The notes below the pieces were generated by a model. That model saw only the letters and a program-made list of their open reading frames with translations, was not told where the DNA came from and ran no database searches. Both the position numbers and the translations under genes were made by a program. Shown here piece by piece: positions 1 through 8,894 of a DNA stretch of 32,000 nt; the first letter of the stretch is position 1, and each line of letters starts with the position of its first letter. Source of the stretch: a cyanobacterium endosymbiont of Braarudosphaera bigelowii (GTDB lineage Bacteria; Cyanobacteriota; Cyanobacteriia; Cyanobacteriales; Microcystaceae); contig NZ_AP024987.1 in assembly GCF_020885515.1 (NCBI RefSeq), positions 485,278 through 517,277 of the forward strand, given 5' to 3'.

Positions 1-1
1 T

Positions 2-658
2 AGATTAAAGAAACAAAAAAATAGTCAGAAAGAAGAACAGGAAGAAATATCTGTTTTAGAAAAGTTTATTATCCAGCTTAATCAAGGTATGCCGGCCCGT
101 GATTTAGAACTAACAGAAGAGGAAAAAATATTAGCTAAGCCTTTAGAATTACTTACCCTTAAACCGGTTATCTATGCTACTAATGTATCTGAAGATGATT
201 TAAGTTCAGAAAATAATTGGGTAAAAGAAGTAAAAAAAATTGCTTCTACTAGTCATGCAAAAGTGGTAGTAGTATCTGCTCAAGTAGAGTCAGAGCTAAT
301 AGAAATTTCAGATGAAGAAAAATTAGAGTTTTTAAATGCCTTAGGAGTAAATGAGAGTGGCTTAAAGCTTTTAATCAAAGCAGTTTATGACTTGCTTGGA
401 TTAAGAACATATTTAACTACTGGACCTAAAGAAACTCGTGCTTGGACTATTCATGCTGGTATGAAAGCACCTCAAGCTGCAGGTGTAATTCATTCAGACT
501 TTGAGAAAGGATTTATTCGTGCTGAGACTGTCTCTTACGAAGATTTAGTATCTTACAAAACTATTACTTTAGCAAAAGAACAAGGCTTAGTCAGAAGTGA
601 GGGTAAAGACTATATTGTTCAAGAAGGGGATGTTATATTATTTAGATTTAATGTTTAA
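2..658 (+). CDS. ychF: Ribosome-binding ATPase YchF, C-terminal part (5' end lies outside the window)
   Basis: The frame is open from position 2 (..RLKKQKNSQKEEQEEISVLEKF..) and runs into track ORF 89-658. The motifs LLTLKPVIYATNV, GFIRAETVSYEDLV and the terminal EGDVILFRFNV are typical of the YchF/OLA1 C-terminal region. The N-terminal G domain is not in the window. Confidence 0.9.
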   Translation, partial: RLKKQKNSQKEEQEEISVLEKFIIQLNQGMPARDLELTEEEKILAKPLELLTLKPVIYATNVSEDDLSSENNWVKEVKKIASTSHAKVVVVSAQVESELIEISDEEKLEFLNALGVNESGLKLLIKAVYDLLGLRTYLTTGPKETRAWTIHAGMKAPQAAGVIHSDFEKGFIRAETVSYEDLVSYKTITLAKEQGLVRSEGKDYIVQEGDVILFRFNV

Positions 659-894
659 TAGCTTTCTAAGAATATATGGTCAACATTAACTATTAATTAT
701 TAATCAATTTAATCTAAATAGTATACTAAGAGCGATTAATATTTATTTAATAGTATTAGTTTGTTGAGAAAAAGTAACCATACCTACTATTCATACTTTG
801 AGATATAAATCAAATATTTTTTTCTTTTATACTAAAGAAGATACACAAAAGAGTTAAAATATTTTAAGCAACTATTAAGGGGTATTCAAAACTA

Positions 895-996
895 ATGTCA
901 GGACCTGTTATTCTTGGATTCGGCGGATATATTATTTCCTATACTATGATTGCTCTTGGATTATATTTTGGATTACGTGCTGTTAAAATAATCTAA
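895..996 (+). CDS. petL: Small single-helix membrane peptide, probable cytochrome b6f subunit PetL
   Basis: This 33-codon ORF falls below the track cutoff: MSGPVILGFGGYIISYTMIALGLYFGLRAVKII. The C-terminal GLYFGLRAVKII resembles the cyanobacterial PetL ending (GLLFGLRSAKIL-type, recalled from memory). An AAGGGG sits about 13 nt upstream of the ATG, and a strong hairpin follows directly. Confidence 0.6.
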   Translation: MSGPVILGFGGYIISYTMIALGLYFGLRAVKII

Positions 997-1037
997 GTAG
1001 AATATCGGCATAATGCCGATATTCTACTTAGATTATT
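987..1037 (+). terminator. 51-nt perfect palindrome (about 24 bp stem) overlapping the petL-like stop codon; probable intrinsic terminator or RNA-stabilising hairpin
   Basis: I paired the bases by hand. Positions 987-1011 are perfectly complementary to 1013-1037 (aataatctaagtagaatatcggcat / atgccgatattctacttagattatt). The TAA stop at 994-996 lies inside the left arm. No U-tract follows. Confidence 0.6.
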
Positions 1038-1305
1038 CTAACGGTAAAAGTTATCTTCAAAACGTTTATCAAATTTTAGAAAGAATTAGCCTTAGTAAAA
1101 ATAAAGTTAATAATTAAGTAAATTATTTCAGTGATTTTAAGACACATAACAAGGCATATAGAATATTAGTCTTCCGTGAAATATAATCGTATTATTTTGA
1201 CTTTGTATTTTTATCTAACCTGATTACTTAAATGATTTTTAATTTTTTATTTAGAATTCTTCAATGCTTCTGCTAGAATTCTTATGGCTTCTATCATTTT
1301 GACTA

Positions 1306-2331
1306 ATGGCAGGAAATCGAGCAAGAATAGCAGTAGATGCTATGGGAGGAGATTATGCTCCTATAGAAATTATAAAAGGGGCTATCCGAGCCTCAAGAGA
1401 ATTAGATGTGGATATTCTGTTGGTAGGTGATCGTCAACAAATTCAAGCATCTTTTCAAGATAGTAATAAGTTTTCTAATATTGAAGTAGTAGATGCAGAT
1501 GAAATAATCGCTATGCACGAAGGAATTAACGAACTTCGTCGTAAGCCTAAAGCTTCAATCAATGTTGCTATGGACTTAGTTAAAAAAAATCGTGCAGATG
1601 CAGTGATATCCGCTGGACATTCTGGAGCAGCCATGGGAGCTGCTACTCTTAAATTAGGACGTCTTAAAGGCATTGATCGTCCAGCTATTGGAGCTGTTTT
1701 TCCAACTCTTATAGTGAACAAGTCGGTTATTGTTTTGGACGTAGGAGCTAATGTAGATTGTCGTCCTAAATACTTAGAACAATTTGCTCTAATGGGAACA
1801 GTTTATAGTAGATATGTGATGGGAGTAGAAAGTCCAAAAGTAGGGCTACTAAATATTGGAGAAGAACCAAATAAAGGAAACGATCTTGCTTTAACAACTT
1901 ATAAGTTGTTAAAAGATAATAAAGTGATTCCTTTTGTTGGTAATGCAGAAGGCCGAGATGTACTTTCGGGAAAATTTGACGTTATTATTTGTGATGGCTT
2001 TGTAGGTAATGTTTTGCTCAAATTTGCTGAAGCAGTTGGTGACATAGTTTTACAAATTATACAGGAAGAGCTACCCCAAGGTTGGAAAGGATTGCTAGGG
2101 ACAACTATATTAAAACCCAATCTAAAAAAACTCAAACAACGGATAGATCATGCTGAACATGGTGGTGGTTTATTATTGGGGGTAGCTGGCATTTGTATTA
2201 TTAGCCATGGTAGTTCCCAAGCTCCATCAATCTTTAATGCAATTCGTTTAGCTAAAGAAGCTGTTGATCATAAAGTATTAGAACAGATTAATTCTTATGG
2301 AGATAAGCTAATGTCAGATAACTCTAATTAA
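1306..2331 (+). CDS. plsX: Phosphate acyltransferase PlsX
   Basis: The N-terminus RIAVDAMGGDYAP and the motifs SAGHSGA and GNVLLK are typical of PlsX. The length is 341 aa. It sits upstream of fabH-fabD, as in many bacteria. Confidence 0.95.
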   Translation: MAGNRARIAVDAMGGDYAPIEIIKGAIRASRELDVDILLVGDRQQIQASFQDSNKFSNIEVVDADEIIAMHEGINELRRKPKASINVAMDLVKKNRADAVISAGHSGAAMGAATLKLGRLKGIDRPAIGAVFPTLIVNKSVIVLDVGANVDCRPKYLEQFALMGTVYSRYVMGVESPKVGLLNIGEEPNKGNDLALTTYKLLKDNKVIPFVGNAEGRDVLSGKFDVIICDGFVGNVLLKFAEAVGDIVLQIIQEELPQGWKGLLGTTILKPNLKKLKQRIDHAEHGGGLLLGVAGICIISHGSSQAPSIFNAIRLAKEAVDHKVLEQINSYGDKLMSDNSN

Positions 2332-2526
2332 CAGATTGAGTAATAGCAAAAATAAAACTTCTAAATGCCATCTATTATTATTTACTGTTTTTCTTTTTTC
2401 ATATCTCTAATTTTGAGGTAGAAGAATATAAAATATAAGTAAAAGTAAGAAAAGAATTTTTCAAAATTTTAATTTTAAATCCTCTTTTATTCAATTATGC
2501 TAAAAAATTATCAGGGGGAATAATTA

Positions 2527-3534
2527 TTGAAAGAGTTAGATATTGGTATGGCTATTACTGGCTGTGGTTCAGCTACGCCAAAACAAATAATGACAAATAA
2601 CGATATAAGCCATTTAGTAGATACGTCTGATGAATGGATTTATACTAGAACAGGCATTAAAGAAAGGCGTTTAGCAACAAACAACTTATCTTTAAGTGAT
2701 CTCTCAGCTGAAGCTGCAGTTAAAGGAATTGCTATGGCAGGACTTTCTCCTTCTGATATTGACTTAATTATCTTAGCAACCTCTACAGCTGATGATTTGT
2801 TTGGCAGTGCATCTAAGATTCAAAATATTTTGAAAGCTGAGAATGCAGTAGCTTTTGATTTAACAGCCGCTTGTTCAGGTTTTGTCTTTGGATTAATTAC
2901 AGCTGCTCAATTTATCTATTCAGGAGTTTACCAAAAGGTTCTGGTAATTGGTGGTGATATGCTTTCTCGTTGGGTAAACTGGTCTGATCGTACTACTTGT
3001 GTATTATTTGGAGATGGAGCTGGAGCAGTGGTTTGTCAACGAACTACTAAAAATAACCACCTGCTGGGCTTTGCTATGTATAGTGATGGAAAACAAAATC
3101 AGTCCCTTAATTTAGCATATAACTTTCAAGCTAAATTTCTTAAAAATGGGATGGTTGTTAATCAAGGAAACTATCAATTTCTTACGATGAAAGGAAAAGA
3201 GATTTATCGTTTTGCTATTGAGAAAGTTCCAGAAGTTATTGAGAATGCTCTTTCTAAAGCAGAATTGACAGTTGACGATATTGACTGGCTTATTTTGCAT
3301 CAGGCAAATCAGAGGATTATAAATGCAGTTGCTAAAAAACTTAAAATTCCATCAGAAAAGGTAATTTCGAATGTGAGTAAGTATGGTAATACTTCAGCTG
3401 CATCTATTCCTCTAGCTCTAGATGAAGCCGTAAGATCTGGAAAAATAAAATCAGGTAATATTGTTGCTAGCTCAGGTTTCGGTGCTGGCTTAACTTGGGG
3501 AGCAGTTATTTTTAGATGGAGTATTGAAGTTTAA
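2527..3534 (+). CDS. fabH: 3-oxoacyl-ACP synthase III (FabH)
   Basis: Active-site context TAACSGFVFGL, plus HQANQRI and GNTSAASIPLAL. The TTG at 2527 is preceded by AGGGGGA about 8 nt upstream. An alternative ATG at 2548 has a weaker Shine-Dalgarno sequence. Confidence 0.92.
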   Translation: MKELDIGMAITGCGSATPKQIMTNNDISHLVDTSDEWIYTRTGIKERRLATNNLSLSDLSAEAAVKGIAMAGLSPSDIDLIILATSTADDLFGSASKIQNILKAENAVAFDLTAACSGFVFGLITAAQFIYSGVYQKVLVIGGDMLSRWVNWSDRTTCVLFGDGAGAVVCQRTTKNNHLLGFAMYSDGKQNQSLNLAYNFQAKFLKNGMVVNQGNYQFLTMKGKEIYRFAIEKVPEVIENALSKAELTVDDIDWLILHQANQRIINAVAKKLKIPSEKVISNVSKYGNTSAASIPLALDEAVRSGKIKSGNIVASSGFGAGLTWGAVIFRWSIEV

Positions 3535-3562
3535 TCTTTTTATTAAACATTCTTGAAAAAAT

Positions 3563-4441
3563 ATGGTGACAAAAACAGCGTGGATTTTTCCGGGACAGGG
3601 ATCACAAATAGTTGGTATGGGACGAGATCTGGCAACAACTGACTTAGGAAAAGAATATTTTAGAAAAGCACAAGATATTTTAGGATGGTCTGTACTTGAA
3701 GTATGTCAGGGAGATACAAAAATTTTATCTAGGACCTTATATACTCAACCTTGTCTTTACGTAATCCAATGTATTCTTATTAATTTATTAAAGCAAAATC
3801 AAACAAATCCAAATTTTCTAGCTGGTCATAGTTTGGGAGAATATGCAGCCTTACATGCAGCAGAAGTCTTTGACTTTACCACAGGATTACAACTAGTTAA
3901 AAACCGTGCAGAATTTATGGATAATGTTGTTGGAGGAAAAATGGTCGCTTTAATAAAATTTGATCGCTTATATCTGAATGAAATAATTGCAAATGTTCCT
4001 AATGTAGTTTTAGCTAATGACAATAGTGAACAACAAGTAGTTATTTCAGGTACTCCTCAAGCAGTTGACAAAGTTTCTAATAGTATTAAGGCTAAAAGAG
4101 TAATTGAACTCAAGGTTTCCGGAGCATTTCACTCCCATTTAATGAAAGAAGCATCTGAACAATTTCAAGTATTATTAGAAAATATTAATTTCGAAGAAGC
4201 ACAAGTTCCTGTTCTTTCAAATGTTGAAGCAGTTCCAAGAACTTCTAAAATTGTTTTAAAGGAAAATCTAAAAAAACAAATGACTGGTTCAGTTCGTTGG
4301 CGCGAAACTATGATATCTATGGTAGAGCACGAAGTAATTAGAATAGTAGAAATTGGACCAGGGAAAATTTTATCTAATTTATTTAAGAAAGAATATACTC
4401 AAATTACTATAAAAAATATTAGCTCCCTATCTGATTTTTGA
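3563..4441 (+). CDS. fabD: Malonyl-CoA:ACP transacylase (FabD)
   Basis: FPGQGSQ near the N-terminus and the GHSLGEY nucleophile motif. The length is 292 aa. It lies directly downstream of fabH. Confidence 0.93.
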   Translation: MVTKTAWIFPGQGSQIVGMGRDLATTDLGKEYFRKAQDILGWSVLEVCQGDTKILSRTLYTQPCLYVIQCILINLLKQNQTNPNFLAGHSLGEYAALHAAEVFDFTTGLQLVKNRAEFMDNVVGGKMVALIKFDRLYLNEIIANVPNVVLANDNSEQQVVISGTPQAVDKVSNSIKAKRVIELKVSGAFHSHLMKEASEQFQVLLENINFEEAQVPVLSNVEAVPRTSKIVLKENLKKQMTGSVRWRETMISMVEHEVIRIVEIGPGKILSNLFKKEYTQITIKNISSLSDF

Positions 4442-4573
4442 GAATGATATAAAAAAATGATTTTATTTGTAGAAAAGTTAGATGTTTATATTTATACATT
4501 GTTCGACAATTCTTTATGAAGATATGTAAGATTATTTGTAATCTAGTTATCTCAAAATAAACAGTTTATGCTC

Positions 4574-5680
4574 TCAAGGCTGAGGAGAGTGGCTACGATA
4601 TCTATAATAAGCTGAACAAGTTCCTTCTGAAGATACCATAGGAGCACCTAAGGGACTTTCTGGAGTACATACATTTCCAAAAGCTGGACAATCATAAGGT
4701 TTTTTTTGCCCTTGCATAATATCACCACTAATACACACTTCTGGATACGCTGATTGAACAGTTTTATCTTTAGAAATTTTAAAGCGATTTAAAGCATCAT
4801 AAAATTGATATTCAGGCCTTAAAGATAACCCACTCTCTGAAATTTCACCGATACCTCTCCAACAACGAGATACTGTTGTAAAAATTTCTTGGACTAACTG
4901 CTTTGCTAATATATTTCCTTCAATTTTGACAGAACGAAAGTATTGATTCTTGCATTCAAACTTACCAGATTCTAGTTGTAATACACATTGATAAATTCCC
5001 TTTAAGATATCTAAAGGTTCAAACCCTGTTACTATAATAGGAATCTTATGTTTATTGGAGATAGCTTGATAGTCTTCATATCCTGTTATTGTACAAACAT
5101 GACCGGCAGCCAAAAATCCTTGTACTGTACAATTAGGAGATGATAAAAGCATTTTCATAGCTGGCGGGACTAAAACATGGGAAACTAATAAAGAAAAATT
5201 TTTAATGTTTTGGTGTTTTGCTTGATATACAGCCATTGCTGTTGCAGGAGCTGTTGTCTCAAAACCAACAGCAAAAAAAACAATTTGTTTGTCAGGATTT
5301 TCTTGAGCAATCTTCAAACTATCTAAAGGAGAATAAACAATACGTACATCTCCTCCAGAAGCTTTTACCATAAGCAAATCTTTACTTGTCCCTGGGACTC
5401 TTAACATATCCCCGAAAGAACAAAAAATAACATTAGGTAAATTGGCTATAATCAAGGCGTAATCAATCAATTCTATAGAAGTTACGCAAACAGGACATCC
5501 TGGTCCATGTATTAAAGTTATTTCAGGGGGTAGTAGCTGATCAATCCCGTACTTAAAGATTGAGTGTGTTTGTCCACCACAAATCTCCATAATTGTCCAA
5601 GGCTGACTAACATTTTTTACAATGTTTTTAGTAAATATTTTAACTAATTTAGAATCACGGTATTCATCAACAAATCTCAT
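4574..5680 (-). CDS. hypD: Hydrogenase maturation factor HypD
   Basis: [10 protein letters not shown]-terminus, [14 protein letters not shown] and GFETTAP motifs, and a Cys-rich C-terminus ([29 protein letters not shown]). The ORF is an intact 368 aa. Confidence 0.92.
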   Translation of the reverse strand: MRFVDEYRDSKLVKIFTKNIVKNVSQPWTIMEICGGQTHSIFKYGIDQLLPPEITLIHGPGCPVCVTSIELIDYALIIANLPNVIFCSFGDMLRVPGTSKDLLMVKASGGDVRIVYSPLDSLKIAQENPDKQIVFFAVGFETTAPATAMAVYQAKHQNIKNFSLLVSHVLVPPAMKMLLSSPNCTVQGFLAAGHVCTITGYEDYQAISNKHKIPIIVTGFEPLDILKGIYQCVLQLESGKFECKNQYFRSVKIEGNILAKQLVQEIFTTVSRCWRGIGEISESGLSLRPEYQFYDALNRFKISKDKTVQSAYPEVCISGDIMQGQKKPYDCPAFGNVCTPESPLGAPMVSSEGTCSAYYRYRSHSPQP

Positions 5681-5962
5681 AGTTATCTTTTAAAGTATAA
5701 TTTCTCTGAATAGACTCTAAATATTAAGATTACCGGTTCGATTCTATATGTTGAATTTAATATATACAAGAAAATTAATTGTTTCTTAATTGTTGTATCT
5801 CTAAAGTTAGGTATTTGAAGATAGTAATATTCTTATAAAACTAACATAGAGTTAATTACCTAACTTCAGATAAACACTAACTTGATATTATATCCTTATA
5901 GTTGTTAAGATAAAATCTCCAGAGAAAACTTAAGTTAATTTTTAAATCGTAGGTTTTTACTT

Positions 5963-6403
5963 ATGCTGTCTCCAGAAAGCTCTTTACCACCTAATTTGGC
6001 CCGCATTGTTGAAAAGTTTAAGAAGCGTTCTGACCCCAAGAAAGGTTATGAACAATTATTATGGTATGCTAAAAAGCTGTCAGAAATGCCAGAACATATT
6101 AAAACAGAAACAAACCAAGTTAAAGGATGTGTCTCTAAAGTATATATCAGCGCAGATTTGAAAGATGGCAAAATATGGTATCAAGGAGATTCCGATGCTC
6201 AATTAGTGAAGGGATTAGTTGCTTTGCTAATTGAAGGCTTAAATGGACTAACTCCTCAAGAAATTTTAGACATAAATCCTGATTTTATTGAGGAAACAGG
6301 TTTAAAAGTTAGTTTAACGCCATCTCGAGCTAATGGTTTCTATAACACCTTACAACTTATGAAGACTAAGGCATTAGCTTTTCAGTTAGGAATGTCAACT
6401 TGA
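5963..6403 (+). CDS. sufE: Cysteine desulfuration protein SufE
   Basis: 146 aa, with the conserved VKGCVSKVY persulfide-acceptor Cys context and SRANGF near the C-terminus. Confidence 0.85.
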   Translation: MLSPESSLPPNLARIVEKFKKRSDPKKGYEQLLWYAKKLSEMPEHIKTETNQVKGCVSKVYISADLKDGKIWYQGDSDAQLVKGLVALLIEGLNGLTPQEILDINPDFIEETGLKVSLTPSRANGFYNTLQLMKTKALAFQLGMST

Positions 6404-6869
6404 TGAATTTATTCAAGGATAATTTAAATATTAAAATCATCTTTCAATGTAAAAAATAATTAATTTACATAAGTTACTTTTGAAGAAATATCGATGATCA
6501 TCATTAAAAGATTTATGACTTAAAACTTTCGCTTAAGTTATCTTAACTTATGCACGTAAGATTAAATTGTTTTTAAAGTTACTAGTCTTGTTATTGGAAT
6601 GTAATTTAAGTAAAAATAGTTTGATTATATACTCTTCATATTTTTTAATATATCTTACTTTTTGTAAAATTCTTATATAAGACTATAGTTTAGTATTATT
6701 GCAAATCCTTTAACCATCTTGTAATTTTAAAGGTCTTTAAACTTTCAGTATAGCTATTTCCACTAGATATTTAAGAAGTACAAGATATTTTTTTGTATTC
6801 AGTCAATTATTAATTTTAATAAAATTATTGAAATAAGAAGAATTAATTATTTAACATACATAAGTTTTG

Positions 6870-6915
6870 TTGATAAATAAGAATGATTTTCAAAGAAATC
6901 ATTCTTATTTATCAA
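6870..6915 (-). terminator. 20-bp perfect AT-rich hairpin 35 nt downstream of the PBP4-like gene; probable 3'-end hairpin
   Basis: Positions 6870-6889 (ttgataaataagaatgattt) pair perfectly with 6896-6915. No U-tract follows on either strand. Confidence 0.45.
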
Positions 6916-6950
6916 AATGTTTTGAAACAGATAACTAACTCTAGCTTAAT

Positions 6951-7841
6951 CTAGTAGCTGCAATTATTTACCTTACTTAACTGTATTATGATTTTATCTA
7001 TTTCTTTAATTAAATTTGAGCCTGAAACATTAGAGTTGTTAACTAAAACACTAAAAACTACCATACCAAAATAAGGATGGTTTATGTAGCCAGATAATGC
7101 TCTTACATTCCTTAAAGTCCCTGTCTTCGCATAGACGAATCCTTGAGCGGGAGTACTCTTCATGCGATGACGAAGAGTACCTGTTAAACCAGCGACAGGT
7201 AAAGAAGTATAAAAATGTTTTTTAGCGGCAGTATAGTAAGTGGCTCTTAAAATAGTAACTAAAGAACGAGGTGTAGCTACATTACGGCGAGATAATCCTG
7301 AACCATCAACTTGACGAAAACTGTTAGAATCAATGCCCAGCTCCGCTAAAGTATTTTTTGCAGTTTGATGTCCACCAACATAACGAAGTAATGTATCTGC
7401 ATAGTAATTATTACTCTTAAGATTTGTAATATTAATCCAAGATTTTAAAGTTTTTGACCCGATTTTTGACTTAGGATTAAATAATTGCAATGCTGCAGCG
7501 GTAGTAAAAATCTTATTGTTAGAAGCAGGAATAAAATATTTATCTGGATTATGACTATATAGTATAGTCCCATCTTCTAATTTTTCTACTAACACTCCCC
7601 AATGCTTTCCATGAGAAAGAATGATATTATTTAACTGTTTATGGACTAAGAGCCTACAGGACTTAGTTTCAACCGTGCTAGGTTTATTTGTATATGGTTG
7701 AACAAAATTTACGTTATGGTGGGGTAAAGACTGTTTTCGAGGAAGATTTAAATCACTAGCAAAACCGTTATTAGTCCAAGTAAAGAAAGTTATAGCTAAA
7801 ATAGCTTTTTTGGAAAACAAAAAAAAATTAGGCAGTGTCAT
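6951..7841 (-). CDS. dacB: D-alanyl-D-alanine carboxypeptidase/endopeptidase, PBP4 (peptidase S13)-like, short form
   Basis: A signal-peptide-like N-terminus is followed by PASNNK (SxxK), SNNYYADTLLRYVG, VDGSGLSRRN and AKTGTL (KTG) in the order expected for S13 enzymes. The protein is only 296 aa. Confidence 0.75.
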   Translation of the reverse strand: MTLPNFFLFSKKAILAITFFTWTNNGFASDLNLPRKQSLPHHNVNFVQPYTNKPSTVETKSCRLLVHKQLNNIILSHGKHWGVLVEKLEDGTILYSHNPDKYFIPASNNKIFTTAAALQLFNPKSKIGSKTLKSWINITNLKSNNYYADTLLRYVGGHQTAKNTLAELGIDSNSFRQVDGSGLSRRNVATPRSLVTILRATYYTAAKKHFYTSLPVAGLTGTLRHRMKSTPAQGFVYAKTGTLRNVRALSGYINHPYFGMVVFSVLVNNSNVSGSNLIKEIDKIIIQLSKVNNCSY

Positions 7842-8104
7842 AACAATGGTTTCTTAGTTATTCATGTTAAATCTGAGACATTAGAAAAAATTCGGATTCT
7901 TCCTGTAAATTAAGAAATAACCCTATATTAGTCTCTTTTTAAATTTTGATATAGGTTAAACAAATATTTTAAAAATATAATACTCTTCTGAAAGAGAAAT
8001 GTTTAATTTTCTATTTAATATCTAAATGATAAAAAATCTTTAGTAGGAAAAATGTAATTAATGAAATATTATTGAACTAGCAACTATATAATAGTTTATT
8101 AATT

Positions 8105-8749
8105 ATGATGGTATCAGATTCTTGTACTCGTGGGTTAGGGTTACATACTACCAGCACTCAGTTAGGACTTAGTTTAAGCAGACAAGACCGAAAAAAAAAT
8201 ACTAAAGTTTGGAATGTTAATCGCCAATTATCAAGTCGTTTTCATAAAATTTTACAAGAATTTATTCAACCTCAGGGATGGAAAGATATTAATTTTGTTG
8301 CTGTAGCAAAAGGTCCGGGAAGTTTTACTGGTACCAGAATTGGCATGACTGCCGCTCGTACAATAGCTCAGCAACTCGAGATTCCCTTATTCAGTATTTC
8401 TACTCTAGCAGCATTTGCTTGGTTCCATAAGAATGACAAGCTATTCAAAGACTTCATAGCTATACAAATGAAAGCTTCAAGAGGACAAATTTATGGAGCA
8501 GTCTATGAAAAAAAATCTAAAGGAAATGGCTTAATTACAGTTATTGATGATACTGTAATGGAATTGGACAAATGGAAAAAAGTTTTAGAAGATATGAACT
8601 TATTTTGTGAGCCTCTAATTGTTACATCAGAGATAGGAGTTACAGCTTGTAGCATTTTGGAATTAGCAGAATTTGATTGGGAACAAGGGAAGCGTCCTCA
8701 TTTTTCAGAAAGCAAACCATTTTATGGATATTCAAGTATTACTAAATAG
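8105..8749 (+). CDS. tsaB: tRNA threonylcarbamoyladenosine (t6A) biosynthesis protein TsaB
   Basis: LGLHTTSTQLGLSL followed by VAVAKGPGSFTGTRIGMTAARTIAQ is the typical TsaB/YeaZ core. The length is 214 aa. Confidence 0.85.
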   Translation: MMVSDSCTRGLGLHTTSTQLGLSLSRQDRKKNTKVWNVNRQLSSRFHKILQEFIQPQGWKDINFVAVAKGPGSFTGTRIGMTAARTIAQQLEIPLFSISTLAAFAWFHKNDKLFKDFIAIQMKASRGQIYGAVYEKKSKGNGLITVIDDTVMELDKWKKVLEDMNLFCEPLIVTSEIGVTACSILELAEFDWEQGKRPHFSESKPFYGYSSITK

Positions 8750-8894
8750 CTAAGGTTCATAAAATAAAAAATTCAGACAAAAATAAATACTTAGTATCAT
8801 TAAGAATAATAAAAAAGATTATAGATACTGAAGTTTGTAACAATATTAAATTTTATAATTATGCCCCAATTTTCTAAAACATAAAACTAAACAT

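Noticed and set aside
1455-1721. Antisense or shadow ORFs inside confident genes. They are 1455-1721(-), 1899-2135(-), 3112-3300(-), 3826-4023(-), 13946-14152(+), 16600-16914(-), 21043-21249(-), 23779-24033(+), 24353-24640(+), 30784-31011(-) and 31420-31602(+).
   Set aside because: Each lies wholly within, or opposite to, a strongly supported conserved CDS. Their translations are low-complexity with no recognisable motifs.
5735-5744. A GGTTCGATTC string resembling a tRNA T-loop, in the hypD-sufE spacer.
   Set aside because: The flanking bases cannot form a T-stem (accgg versus ctata). No acceptor, D or anticodon arms can be drawn in the upstream 60 nt. It is probably coincidence or, at most, an unrecognisable remnant.
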